A stretch of 64,000 bases of DNA from an uncultured Gammaproteobacteria bacterium (GTDB lineage Bacteria > Patescibacteriota > Patescibacteriia > Buchananbacterales > UBA6539), in assembly GCA_964497245.1 (NCBI GenBank), contig CAZCCC010000001.1:10297-74296 (forward strand). Reading direction: 5' to 3'. The notes under the pieces are model-generated. The model was not told the origin of the DNA and ran no database searches. It saw only the letters and a program-made list of their open reading frames with translations. This document shows, one piece after another, positions 29,449 to 39,309 of the stretch. The stretch's first letter is position 1. The number at the start of each line of letters is the position of its first letter. Position numbers and translations under genes: made by a program.

Positions 29449-30252
29449 ATGCCAAAATTTTCTCCAGAAATTTTAATAGCAATAAAAGCGGCTATAAAGG
29501 CTTCAGTAGAAATAAAAAAAATATATAGTAAAGATTTTTTATTGCAGTTTCGGGATGGCAATCCAGTTTCCGAGGCTGATACAGTAAGCAATAAAATAAT
29601 AAAGAAATTTTTAAGTAAAACGGAAATCGACATTTTTTCAGAAGAAGATTTAGACAATTTTAGCCGTTTATCAAAAAGGAAAATTTGGATTATTGATCCG
29701 TTAGATGGTACTTTAGATTTTATTAATAGGACTGGAGAATTTTCTATTATTATTGGACTTGTCGAAAATAAAATTTCTGTTGGCGGAGTAATATATAAGC
29801 CAATTGGTGATACATTATATGTGGCAGAAAAAAATAAAGGAGCTTATCGGTGTAAAGATAAGATTTGGGATAAGATATCTGTCAGTTCAATCTCTGAGTT
29901 AGTAGAAGCAAGGGTGGTAATGAGCAGACATCACTTGTCAACAGAGGATAAAGAATTTTTAAGTCACTTGAAAATTAATAATTATATACAATGCGGGAGC
30001 TGTGGGTTAAAAGCTGCATCAATAGCTGAAGGAAAGGCGGAATTATATTTTACAAGTACTAATAAGATAAAGCAGTGGGATACTTGTGCGGCAAGCTGTT
30101 TAATTGCAGAAGCTGGTGGAGAGATTACAGATATGTTTGGGCAATCATTAGTTTATAATATAAAAAAAAATAACCACGATAATGGCATCCTAGTGTCTAA
30201 TGGAATAATTTATCAAGAAGTAATTAACAAATTAAAAATTTTACAAAAGTAA
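29449..30252 (+). CDS. cysQ: 3'(2'),5'-bisphosphate nucleotidase
   Basis: SEE, WIIDPLDGT, WDTCAA motifs of the IMPase/CysQ family; follows the PAPS-synthesis gene. Confidence 0.88.
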   Translation: MPKFSPEILIAIKAAIKASVEIKKIYSKDFLLQFRDGNPVSEADTVSNKIIKKFLSKTEIDIFSEEDLDNFSRLSKRKIWIIDPLDGTLDFINRTGEFSIIIGLVENKISVGGVIYKPIGDTLYVAEKNKGAYRCKDKIWDKISVSSISELVEARVVMSRHHLSTEDKEFLSHLKINNYIQCGSCGLKAASIAEGKAELYFTSTNKIKQWDTCAASCLIAEAGGEITDMFGQSLVYNIKKNNHDNGILVSNGIIYQEVINKLKILQK

Positions 30253-30267
30253 ATTAAAATTAAATTT

Positions 30268-31656
30268 TTATTGCCCCTTCCTCGTTAAAATAGTTTTAAT
30301 AGTTTTTAGCATTATGCTCAAATCAAGCGCCAATGATCGATTTTTAATATAATATAAATCATACTGTAATTTTTCTAGTGTTTCTTCTTTAGATCCACCG
30401 TAAGCCGGCCCGGCAACTTGCGCCCAGCCGGTTAGGCCGGGTTTAACCAATAATCTTTCCTTGTAAAAGGGAATTTCTTTTTCCAGTTCTTGGACAAATT
30501 CCGGTCTTTCGGGTCTTGGTCCAATTAAGCTCATTTCATTTTTTAAAATATTAATCAGCTGGGGAATTTCGTCAATTCTGGTTTTTCTGAAAAATTTTCC
30601 AACTTTAGTTATCCTTGAATCGTTTTTTGCCGCCCATTGCGGACCGTTGACTTCGGCATTATTTATCATTGTTCGGAATTTTATTGCCAAAAAATTTTTT
30701 CCATCCTTGCCGGTTCTGATTTGTTTGAAAAATACTGGACCCTTGCTTTCAAGTTTTATTACCAAGGCAATTAATGGCCAAAATATCATAGTAACCAATA
30801 GCATAAATACTGAAAATGTAATATCAAAAAATCTTTTTAATGTATCATAATTTTTTTTGCTTTTTTCAGTCAGATTTTCTAGAAACCAAACTCGTTCAAT
30901 TGTAGCGACAGGAATTTTGCCGGTTATTTTTTCGTAAAAATTTGTAATGTCAAAAAAACCGATTTTGAGAGGCAGACATTCAAACAAGCTTTTTGCAAGA
31001 TTGTCGTTTTCACGCGGATGTATTGTTGATATGACAGTATTTATGTCGTTGTCTTGGCAAATTAACTTTAAATTTTTAAAATCATCATTTACCACCAAAC
31101 TTTCAAAATCTTTTAAAACTTCAATCCCTGGTTCAAGTATTATTTTTTTTATCCTTAATCCGAGTTGAGGCTTTCTGTTTACTTCTTTTATTATTTGTTC
31201 AACCAGATCATTGAATCCTATTATTGCAACCGCGTTAAAAGCCATAGAAGAAGTGGCTAAATCATATGTTAGTCGCCATAGGTAAATTAAAGTTCCGCTT
31301 ACTAAGATATATATGAATAAGACTCTTTGGGGCTTGATGCTAAAAATATTATTTTGTCCGATGTAAAAAAATACAATAGTTATAAGACTGCTGATTAAAA
31401 TACTTCTCATAATCCGCACTAAAAGGCTTATTTTGCTTTGACTTCTGTCTATTTCGTAAAGGTCGTCTATGTAAAAAATTATCAGCCAGACTGCAAATAC
31501 CACTGAAAAAGGCCAGAGATGTTTTTCCCAGATTTGTCCATTGAATTCATTTTGATACCTAAGTGCCAAAGTTAAAAATAAAGAAAAATAAAGGATTATT
31601 ATATCCCCAAGCAATAATAAATATTTTTTCTTTTTTACCAATGAATCATTTGCCAT
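30268..31656 (-). CDS. Polyprenyl glycosylphosphotransferase (WcaJ/WbaP-like priming transferase)
   Basis: N-terminal TMs, KRFFD, KFRTM, RIDEIPQL, IGPRPERP, KPGLTGWAQV. Confidence 0.93.
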   Translation of the reverse strand: MANDSLVKKKKYLLLLGDIIILYFSLFLTLALRYQNEFNGQIWEKHLWPFSVVFAVWLIIFYIDDLYEIDRSQSKISLLVRIMRSILISSLITIVFFYIGQNNIFSIKPQRVLFIYILVSGTLIYLWRLTYDLATSSMAFNAVAIIGFNDLVEQIIKEVNRKPQLGLRIKKIILEPGIEVLKDFESLVVNDDFKNLKLICQDNDINTVISTIHPRENDNLAKSLFECLPLKIGFFDITNFYEKITGKIPVATIERVWFLENLTEKSKKNYDTLKRFFDITFSVFMLLVTMIFWPLIALVIKLESKGPVFFKQIRTGKDGKNFLAIKFRTMINNAEVNGPQWAAKNDSRITKVGKFFRKTRIDEIPQLINILKNEMSLIGPRPERPEFVQELEKEIPFYKERLLVKPGLTGWAQVAGPAYGGSKEETLEKLQYDLYYIKNRSLALDLSIMLKTIKTILTRKGQ

Positions 31657-31665
31657 TATGGCTGA

Positions 31666-31694
31666 ATTATAGGATAATTATTTTTTTTAGTCAA
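31666..31694 (-). promoter_or_regulatory. Sigma70 promoter for the priming transferase
   Basis: On the minus strand TTGACT-17 bp-TATAAT, ending about 10 bp before the ATG (near-leaderless). Confidence 0.65.
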
Positions 31695-31704
31695 TTAAAT
31701 AGGC

Positions 31705-31733
31705 TTGAAGTTAAGGTTGTTTTCTGGTAGAAT
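31705..31733 (+). promoter_or_regulatory. Sigma70 promoter for the O-antigen-ligase-like gene
   Basis: TTGAAG-17 bp-TAGAAT with extended TG. Confidence 0.6.
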
Positions 31734-31750
31734 TAAATTGTTTTTACTTT

Positions 31751-34447
31751 ATGATTTTAGAAGAAAAAAGCCATCAAATTGGAAATTTTTTGACGCATTT
31801 TATCAAATTTGGCGTTTTTTTTATTTTGTTTTTGCCAATGGTGATGAACAGTGGATTTTTTTTCCCTTTTGTTGTCCCAAAAAATATACTTTTTAGGATT
31901 AGTGTTGAAATTATTTTTGCTTCATATCTGCTTTTGCTTTATTTTAAACCCGAATACCGTCCGAAATTGAATAATTTGATTTGGGCAGTTTTGGCATTTT
32001 TTGGATTAATTTTTATTTCAACTTTCAGCGGAATTGGCGTTTATCTAAGTTTTTGGGGAAATTATGAGAGAATGGGTGGGCTTTTTCATCATTTGCATCT
32101 TTTGGCTTATTTTTTAGTCTTAATAAGTGTTATAAAAAGAAAAGACGACTGGGATCAATTTTTTTCTTTTTCAATTTTTGTAAGCACATTGATGTCTTTT
32201 TTGGCTTATGCTCAATGGCTTGAGTTGCCTTTTTTGCTTCCTTCTTCGGGCGGAGCCAGGCTTACGGGCATGGTTGGCAATGCAACTTATCTTGCGGCTT
32301 ATCTGATATTTAATGTTTTTTTTGTCCTTTATTTTTTAATGAAGCCTGAAAAATTCAAGATAAAACTTTTTTTATACAGTTTTTTAGTTTTTGATTTATT
32401 TTTAATCCTTAGCGGAGTTTTGGCTAGAATTTATCGTTTTTCAGATTGGGGCAGCTTTAATTTTTTAAAAGCTTCAATAATCAAAGATAGTTTATATTAT
32501 CCTTGGTTTCTTTACCTTTTTTTGGCTTTTCAAATTTTAATATTTTTAACTTGGTATTTCCGTTTTAAAAAATACGCAATTTCTTGTTTGCTTTGGGTTA
32601 TTTTTATTTTTCAGGCATGGGTGATTTTAAATACCCAAACCAGGGGAGCGGTTTTAGGGCTTTTGGCTGGTTTTGCCGTTTTTTTAATTATTTTATTTTT
32701 CAGCTGCAGTAATAAGAAAAGAAAAATTTTTTATCTTTCTACTTCCGGATTAATTTTATTTTTTCAGCTTTTGGCTTTTGGCTGGGGCAGATCAATAGCT
32801 GATTTTTTGAAAGAAAGTGAGCTTAAATTTTTTAGCGATCTGGGAATAGTTTTAGCTAGGGTTTCAGGCTCTATTTCCTTAGTAGGCTTTTATTTAAGCC
32901 TGCTTGGAATTTCTATTGTTTGTATTTATTTTTTTAGAGAAAAAAGAAAAAAGATAATAGTTACTTTTTTTGTTTTTACTTTACTCTTGCTGCCAATTTT
33001 TGGAATTTTTAGTAGAAGTATCTTTTCAAAAACAGACAACCATGTTTTTGGTCGATTTCTTAATTTTTCCAATATTAAAGATAAAACCACTCAGTCGCGA
33101 TTACTTACATGGGAAGCAAGCTGGAAAGGCCTTACCGAAAGTCCCAAAACTTTTTTGATCGGTTATGGTTTGGAGAATTATTATTACATTTTTAATAAAT
33201 ATTTTCCGGTTGAAATTTATAAAAACGCTGGATCGCAAATTTGGTTTGATCGGCCTCATAACATTATTTTTGATGTTGCTTCAACTGCCGGAGTCTTGGG
33301 CCTTTGTTGCTATCTAGTTATTTTAGGTCTGGCAATTTTTAGCTTGATTAAAAATTATAAGTTAAATAAGTCAGTCCGCCGAACCTGGCTTTTTGTTTGT
33401 TTGCTTTTTGCCTATTTAATTCAGAATTTTTTTGTTTTTGATACTTTGAATACGGAAATTTTGTTTTTTTTGGTTTTAGCAATGGTTTGTTTTGAAAAAA
33501 ATCTATATATTACACGCAAGGATGACAAACAAAATTCAATCACGAAAATTTTTAGCTATATTTATCCGGTAATTTCGGTAATAATTGTAGTTGCTGGACT
33601 GATTGTTAATATTAATATAGCCAAAGCCAATATTCTTCTGGTTGAGGCGATTCATCCAATTAAGATATCAAAACACTGTTCGGAAAAAATTGATTGTTTC
33701 CGTATAGCTATTGATAAGTCAATAGTCGGCCGATTTGAAGCTCGCCAACAGCTGGGAAGTTATGTTTTATCCAGCTTGGGAAGTAACAGAATTTTAGAAA
33801 GCAAAAAAAGTGACGCGGTAAACTTTACTGCTAACGAACTCAGAAAAAGCGTTGAGGAAGAGCCGCTTAATGTTAGGCATTATCTTTTTTTGGCCGGATT
33901 TTATAATAGTACAGCCAATTTTAACAGGCAGAATCCGGCAAAAACTCTTGGTTTATTGGAAAAAGCCAAGGTTCTCAGTCCGACCAGACCTCATATATAT
34001 TATGAGATGGGCAAGGCATATTATCTTTTAGGCGATTTTGATAATTCAATAAATAGTTTTAAAGAGGCAATTGAATTGGCGCCTAATGTGATTGATGCTC
34101 ATTTAAACCTTCTTAGATCATATATAATTTTCGGACAAAGTGATTTATTTGAAGAATATTTTGAAAAAATGAAACAGGAGTTTAATTGGGAACCGAAAGC
34201 AGAAGAATACGCAATAATGGCAAGCTTATTTCAGATAAGCAAGAATTATGATAAAATGATTGAACTGCAGCTTCAGGCCGTCAAATTGGAACCCAGCTTT
34301 GAAAATTATAAGAATTTGGTGGTTTTTTATGCCTTGGCACAAAAATCAGACAAGGCTGAAGATGTTATTTCTGAAATAAAAAAAATTAGTTCGGCTGCCG
34401 CCTTGGAGCTGGAAAAAATTTTACAAGAATTAAATAATTTGAAATAA
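31751..34447 (+). CDS. O-antigen ligase (Wzy_C) family membrane protein with C-terminal TPR repeats
   Basis: GNATYLA, TQTRGA, RLLTW, IGYG-EN, DRPHN; TPR-like YYEMGKAYYLLGDFDNSINSFKEAIELAP. Confidence 0.85.
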   Translation: MILEEKSHQIGNFLTHFIKFGVFFILFLPMVMNSGFFFPFVVPKNILFRISVEIIFASYLLLLYFKPEYRPKLNNLIWAVLAFFGLIFISTFSGIGVYLSFWGNYERMGGLFHHLHLLAYFLVLISVIKRKDDWDQFFSFSIFVSTLMSFLAYAQWLELPFLLPSSGGARLTGMVGNATYLAAYLIFNVFFVLYFLMKPEKFKIKLFLYSFLVFDLFLILSGVLARIYRFSDWGSFNFLKASIIKDSLYYPWFLYLFLAFQILIFLTWYFRFKKYAISCLLWVIFIFQAWVILNTQTRGAVLGLLAGFAVFLIILFFSCSNKKRKIFYLSTSGLILFFQLLAFGWGRSIADFLKESELKFFSDLGIVLARVSGSISLVGFYLSLLGISIVCIYFFREKRKKIIVTFFVFTLLLLPIFGIFSRSIFSKTDNHVFGRFLNFSNIKDKTTQSRLLTWEASWKGLTESPKTFLIGYGLENYYYIFNKYFPVEIYKNAGSQIWFDRPHNIIFDVASTAGVLGLCCYLVILGLAIFSLIKNYKLNKSVRRTWLFVCLLFAYLIQNFFVFDTLNTEILFFLVLAMVCFEKNLYITRKDDKQNSITKIFSYIYPVISVIIVVAGLIVNINIAKANILLVEAIHPIKISKHCSEKIDCFRIAIDKSIVGRFEARQQLGSYVLSSLGSNRILESKKSDAVNFTANELRKSVEEEPLNVRHYLFLAGFYNSTANFNRQNPAKTLGLLEKAKVLSPTRPHIYYEMGKAYYLLGDFDNSINSFKEAIELAPNVIDAHLNLLRSYIIFGQSDLFEEYFEKMKQEFNWEPKAEEYAIMASLFQISKNYDKMIELQLQAVKLEPSFENYKNLVVFYALAQKSDKAEDVISEIKKISSAAALELEKILQELNNLK

Positions 34448-34448
34448 A

Positions 34449-36689
34449 ATGAAATTAAAAAGAACATTGTTTTTACTATTTTTTATTTTTGCTGTTTTTT
34501 TTATTAATTGTAAAGAGCCTTCTGCCTCTGCGACTGAAAATAAAAATTTTCGCTTAGGTGAAGCCCTGCTTAAATTTAAAGGAAATCCCGAAATTTATAA
34601 AATTAGTTTTTCTGAGGATGCAAACATTGAAACCGTAATAAGCGAATATGCTATTATTGGAGAAATAGAATACATTGAACCCAATTATATTGTAAAAACT
34701 GTTGCTTTTCCTAATGATCCAGACTACAATTTGCAGTGGTATTTTACTCCGATTAATGCCAGAGATTTTTGGATTAAAGAATCTCTTTTAAGAGAGCAGG
34801 AAAATAATCATATTAGGCCAGTTATTGCCATTTTGGATACAGGTGTTGATTTAAATCATCCTGATTTAAAAAATAATATTTGGATAAATAAAAAAGAGAT
34901 AGATGGAAATGGTATTGATGATGATAAAAACGGCTATATTGATGATATAAATGGTTGGAATTTTGTTGAGAATAATTCAGACCCTAATCCGGTAGTATCT
35001 CCTTATTATGATCAAAGTGCAGTAAAACATGGTACAATTGTTGCAGGAATTTCGGCCGCAGTCACCAATAACGGACAGGGAATTGCCGGGATGAGCCGAT
35101 TTGCCCAGATAATGGCCTTAAGGGTTTTGGACAGCGACGGTACCGGCGATGTTTATTCGGTGATAAGGGCTATAGATTATTCAATTAGAAATAAAGCTGA
35201 TCTAATAAACATGAGTTTTGTTGGTGATACCTATAGCCAGGGGCTTTATGACGCAATAAAGAGGGCATATGACAGTGGAATTTTAGTAGTGGCAGCCGCT
35301 GGCAACACCGATCCTAATGCCAATGGCGTTGATTTAGATAAAGTGAGACATTATCCGGTTTGTTATGACGGTCCAAACGGTGAAAATATGGTAATCGGGG
35401 TTGCTTCTTTGGACCGGAGTTTAAAGAAATCCAAGTTTTCTAATTACGGGAGCTGTATTGATTTAGTTGCTCCTGGAGAAGAATTTTATTCTACACAAGT
35501 CTACGATTCAAATGTTTTTGGTTTTAATAGATATTATGGCGGTTATTGGTCGGGAACTTCGGTTTCCGCTCCGCTAGTAAGCGGAACTTTGGCGACAATT
35601 AAAGCTCTGCGTCCGAATTTAAGACCTGACCAGATAAGAGATTTGGTTTTAAATAACACTATTGATATATATCCATACAATAAAGAATATCAAGGTAAGC
35701 TTGGAAGCGGAATGCTTGATTCAACAAAAGCGCTGGAAGGAGTATTGGATAAAAAGTCGGAAGTAGTCGGTGACTTAAAAAACAGCAGCTATATTGTAGC
35801 CGGACTGGGGCTTGGTTCTCATCCGCAGCTTAAAATTTTAAGACCGGACGGATCAGTTTTTAAGGCTTTTTATGCTTATAATCCTAATTTTAGCGGCCTT
35901 ATTAGTGTCGCAGTCGGCGATGTAACCGGCGACGGCAAACAAGAAATTATCACTGCTCCGGGTCCAGGAGGCGGACCTCATATTAGAATATTTAATATTG
36001 AAGGTCAACCAATTTCGCAATTTTTTGCTTGGCAAGAGAGTTTTCGTGGCGGAGTTAATGTCGCAGTCGGCGATGTAACCGGCGACGGCAAGAGGGAAAT
36101 AATTGTCGGCTTAGGTAGCGGCGCTCAGCCGGAAGTCAAAGTCTTTGATTATAAAGGTAGGTTAATAAGCAGTTTTTTGGCTTATGATGAAAAGTTTAGA
36201 GGTGGAGTTAAAGTGGCAGTTGGTGATGTTAATAAAAATAAAATAGCTGAAATAGTGACCGGTGCCGGATCAGGCGGCGGTCCTCATGTTAGAATTTTTA
36301 ATTATCAAGGGTCGCTAATTTCTCAATTTTTTGTTTTTAATCATTATGTCACTAAGGGAATAAATATAGCTTGCGGTGATCTTTCTGGCAATGGTCAAGC
36401 AGAGATAGTTGTTGCCTTGGAAAAAGAATCATTGCCAATAGTTAGAATTTTTAATTATAAAGGAGATAAATTAAATGATTTTTTTGCTTACCAATCTTCT
36501 TATCATGGTTTGAATCTGGCAATAGGTGATATTGACGGCGACAAAATTTCGGAAATTATTACCGGGATAGGAGTTGGTGGCAAGCCGGAAATTAAAATTT
36601 TTGATTTCTTCGGAAAAAGTAAAATTGATTTTCTGGCTCATACTGAAAATTATTCCGGAGGTGCAAGGGTTGGAATTATTAATTACTAA
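34449..36689 (+). CDS. Secreted subtilisin (S8) peptidase with C-terminal FG-GAP-like repeats
   Basis: Signal peptide; triad motifs ILDTG, HGT, GTS; repeated VAVGDVTGDGK-EI units. Confidence 0.92.
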   Translation: MKLKRTLFLLFFIFAVFFINCKEPSASATENKNFRLGEALLKFKGNPEIYKISFSEDANIETVISEYAIIGEIEYIEPNYIVKTVAFPNDPDYNLQWYFTPINARDFWIKESLLREQENNHIRPVIAILDTGVDLNHPDLKNNIWINKKEIDGNGIDDDKNGYIDDINGWNFVENNSDPNPVVSPYYDQSAVKHGTIVAGISAAVTNNGQGIAGMSRFAQIMALRVLDSDGTGDVYSVIRAIDYSIRNKADLINMSFVGDTYSQGLYDAIKRAYDSGILVVAAAGNTDPNANGVDLDKVRHYPVCYDGPNGENMVIGVASLDRSLKKSKFSNYGSCIDLVAPGEEFYSTQVYDSNVFGFNRYYGGYWSGTSVSAPLVSGTLATIKALRPNLRPDQIRDLVLNNTIDIYPYNKEYQGKLGSGMLDSTKALEGVLDKKSEVVGDLKNSSYIVAGLGLGSHPQLKILRPDGSVFKAFYAYNPNFSGLISVAVGDVTGDGKQEIITAPGPGGGPHIRIFNIEGQPISQFFAWQESFRGGVNVAVGDVTGDGKREIIVGLGSGAQPEVKVFDYKGRLISSFLAYDEKFRGGVKVAVGDVNKNKIAEIVTGAGSGGGPHVRIFNYQGSLISQFFVFNHYVTKGINIACGDLSGNGQAEIVVALEKESLPIVRIFNYKGDKLNDFFAYQSSYHGLNLAIGDIDGDKISEIITGIGVGGKPEIKIFDFFGKSKIDFLAHTENYSGGARVGIINY
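35906..36091 (+). repeat. Identical 33-bp direct repeat inside the FG-GAP region
   Basis: tgtcgcagtcggcgatgtaaccggcgacggcaa at 35906-35938 and 36059-36091. Confidence 0.9.
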
Positions 36690-36693
36690 TCTG

Positions 36694-37128
36694 ATGAATA
36701 TTGGTAAGTTTATATTTGTTACAGCCAAAGAATTAAGGCAGTTTATAAAATTTTGTATTGTTGGAGTAATTGCCGCTTTAATTCATTTTTTAGTGATGTA
36801 TCTGATGACTGAAAAATTTGCTTTTTGGTATGTTTATTCAGCGCTAAGCGGAGGAATAATTTCAGCGATATGGAATTTTTTAGCCAATAAGTTTTGGACA
36901 TTTAAAAATTTGGCTTTCGGTTATCAGGCAGTAAGTCAGGCAGTTAAATTTTTTGTAGTAATTTGTCTTGGGGTTGGGCTTAATACGGTTATTATTTTTA
37001 TGTTTACCGATTTTTTAAATTTTGATTACAGGCTGTCATGGGTTTTTGCTACCGGCATTGTTTTGTTTTGGAATTTTGGTTTTAATAAATTTTGGACGTT
37101 TAGGCTTAATTCCGAAATTAGCCTTTAA
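36694..37128 (+). CDS. GtrA family flippase
   Basis: QFIKFCIVG, NFLANKFWTF, NFGFNKFWTF; ATG 36694 preferred over the overlapping GTG 36574. Confidence 0.9.
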   Translation: MNIGKFIFVTAKELRQFIKFCIVGVIAALIHFLVMYLMTEKFAFWYVYSALSGGIISAIWNFLANKFWTFKNLAFGYQAVSQAVKFFVVICLGVGLNTVIIFMFTDFLNFDYRLSWVFATGIVLFWNFGFNKFWTFRLNSEISL

Positions 37129-37236
37129 TTTGTTTTTTTTCGTATTTTAAGATATAATTTAGTAAAATAAAGGAACAGCTGATTTAAAAAAATACCCAAT
37201 AGCAAGCTTATTAATGTCAATAATAAATATATTTTT

Positions 37237-38286
37237 ATGCCAAAAAGAGTAATTTTTGAGAAGAAAAACGTTTTAGTAACAGGGGGAGCTGGATTTATTG
37301 GCTCTCATCTTTGTGATGAATTAATAAGTGAAAATAAGGTTATATGCATTGATAATTTTATTTCCGGGGATGAGGCTAATATTGACCATTTATTACAGAA
37401 TCCTAATTTTCAATTTATTAAACATGATATCAATATTCCTTTTGATCTGGATTCTTTTCCCGAACTTGATAAATTTAAGATCAAGTTTCAAGGTGTTCAA
37501 GAAATTTATCATTTAGCCTGTCCGACATCCCCCAAGGATTTTGAAAAAACCGTAATAGATACCGTACTTGCCAATTCAATCGGGGTAAAAAATGTTTTAG
37601 ATTTAGCTGTAAAATATAAAGCAAAATTTCTTTTTGTTTCTTCTCCCGTTATTTATGGTCCAAGAGATAAAAAAAATCCTTATTTTAATGAAGAATATAA
37701 AGGAGTAGTAGATCATTTAAGTCCTAGGGCATGTTATGATGAAGGAAAAAGATTTGCCGAAACCCTGGTTAAAACTTACGGAGTTAATTATGACCTTGAT
37801 GCAAAAATTGCTCGAGTATTCAGAACCTACGGCCCGAGAATGATGCTTAGAACAGGTCAAATGATTCCTGATTTTGTTTATAATGCTCTTGAGAACAAAG
37901 ATTTGGTTATTTTTGGCGGGGAAGATTTTTCTTCTTCTTTTTGCCATGTTTCTGATATAGTTCAAGGATTGGTGAAATTTATGAAAAGCGTTGAACAGGG
38001 TCCTTTTAATTTTGGTAGTGACTTAGAATATAAAATTGTTGATGTTGCTAAAAAAATAATTAAGCTTACTGACTCAAAATCAAGTGTTGTTTTTAAAAAT
38101 CCATTGCTTTTTATGAGCCCTTTGGGTTTTCCCGATCTTACTTTGGTAAAAGAAAAATTAAGCTGGTTTCCAATTATTTTGCTTGAAGATGGTATAAAAG
38201 GGGCGATTGATTATTTTAGGGCATATAAATACAATTTAAAGCCAACAAGTAAACTTAAGCAGCTTTTAGAAGAAGAGCTTGGGTAA
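37237..38286 (+). CDS. NAD-dependent epimerase/dehydratase, UDP-glucuronate decarboxylase-like
   Basis: TGGAGFIGSH, HLACPTSP, CYDEGKR, TYGPRM; some UXS catalytic positions differ. Confidence 0.8.
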   Translation: MPKRVIFEKKNVLVTGGAGFIGSHLCDELISENKVICIDNFISGDEANIDHLLQNPNFQFIKHDINIPFDLDSFPELDKFKIKFQGVQEIYHLACPTSPKDFEKTVIDTVLANSIGVKNVLDLAVKYKAKFLFVSSPVIYGPRDKKNPYFNEEYKGVVDHLSPRACYDEGKRFAETLVKTYGVNYDLDAKIARVFRTYGPRMMLRTGQMIPDFVYNALENKDLVIFGGEDFSSSFCHVSDIVQGLVKFMKSVEQGPFNFGSDLEYKIVDVAKKIIKLTDSKSSVVFKNPLLFMSPLGFPDLTLVKEKLSWFPIILLEDGIKGAIDYFRAYKYNLKPTSKLKQLLEEELG

Positions 38287-38292
38287 TTTGCT

Positions 38293-38964
38293 ATGAAAAT
38301 ATTTGCGGTCATCCCAGCTTATAATGAAGCAGAAGTCATAAAACAGGTGGTCAATTCAATTTCCAATATGGTTGACGAAGTAATAGTTGTAGATGATGGT
38401 TCAAGTGACCAGACTTTTTGTCTAGCTATAGAGTCAGGCGCAAAGACTTTGCGTCATTTTTTAAATCGGGGGCAGGGAGCAGCCTTGCAGACGGGAATTG
38501 ATTTTGCTTTGAGAATGGGTGCTGATATTATAGTCACTTATGACGCTGACGGTCAGTTTATTCCAGAAGAAATCGAGAAAATTATTAAACCCTTGCTTCT
38601 GGGGGAATGCGATATTTGTCTGGGCTCGCGATTTTTAGATGACAAAAGTAAAATTCCTAAAATAAAAAAAACAGTTTTAAAGTTTGCAGTTCTGGTGACC
38701 AGAATTTATACCGGTTTGTCGGTTACGGATACTCATAATGGCTTTCGGGCTTTATCTGAAAAAGCCGCCAGGCTGATAATAATAAAACAAGACAAAATGG
38801 CCCATGCTTCAGAGATACTTGAGCAGGTGAAAAAACATAATCTAAAATTTAAAGAAATTCCCGTTACTGTAAAATATACAGATTATTCTTTGCAAAAAGG
38901 GCAAAAAATTTCCAACTCATTTAAAATAATTCGTGATTTAATTATTAGCAGGGTTACAAGATGA
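38293..38964 (+). CDS. GT2 polyprenol-phosphate glycosyltransferase (DPM1/GacI-like)
   Basis: IPAYNE, VDDGS, NRGQGAAL, DADGQ, DTHNGFR, HASEI. Confidence 0.9.
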   Translation: MKIFAVIPAYNEAEVIKQVVNSISNMVDEVIVVDDGSSDQTFCLAIESGAKTLRHFLNRGQGAALQTGIDFALRMGADIIVTYDADGQFIPEEIEKIIKPLLLGECDICLGSRFLDDKSKIPKIKKTVLKFAVLVTRIYTGLSVTDTHNGFRALSEKAARLIIIKQDKMAHASEILEQVKKHNLKFKEIPVTVKYTDYSLQKGQKISNSFKIIRDLIISRVTR

Positions 38965-39299
38965 TAATTAAGGCAATAATAATTTTATTCATTCTATTCG
39001 TTTTATGGCGGACTTTTTTGCGTTTTCAGAAAGGGGATATAACCAGTCGGGAATTTTTCATTTGGCTTGTGTTTTGGTTTATGGTTGCAGCCGCTACAAT
39101 GGCTCCGAAAAGAACAGATATAATTGCTCAGTTGCTTGGCGTGGAGCGGGGTGCTGATTTGTTGGTTTACATTTCAATTATAGTTTTATTTTTTACCGTT
39201 TTTAAAATTATAGTAAAACTGGAAAAAATTGATAGAGATATTACAAAAATTGTAAGAAAAAATGCATTAGACAAGGCAGACAAGGAAATAAAAAATTAA
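38961..39299 (+). CDS. DUF2304 family small membrane protein
   Basis: Three TMs, LGV-RG-D, IT-IVR tail; ATGA-coupled to the GT2. Confidence 0.85.
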   Translation: MIIKAIIILFILFVLWRTFLRFQKGDITSREFFIWLVFWFMVAAATMAPKRTDIIAQLLGVERGADLLVYISIIVLFFTVFKIIVKLEKIDRDITKIVRKNALDKADKEIKN

Positions 39300-39309
39300 G
39301 AAATTAAAA

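Noticed and set aside
26648-30252. Assimilatory or dissimilatory sulfate reduction
   Set aside because: No APS/PAPS reductase or sulfite reductase; the adjacent sulfotransferase explains the PAPS demand.
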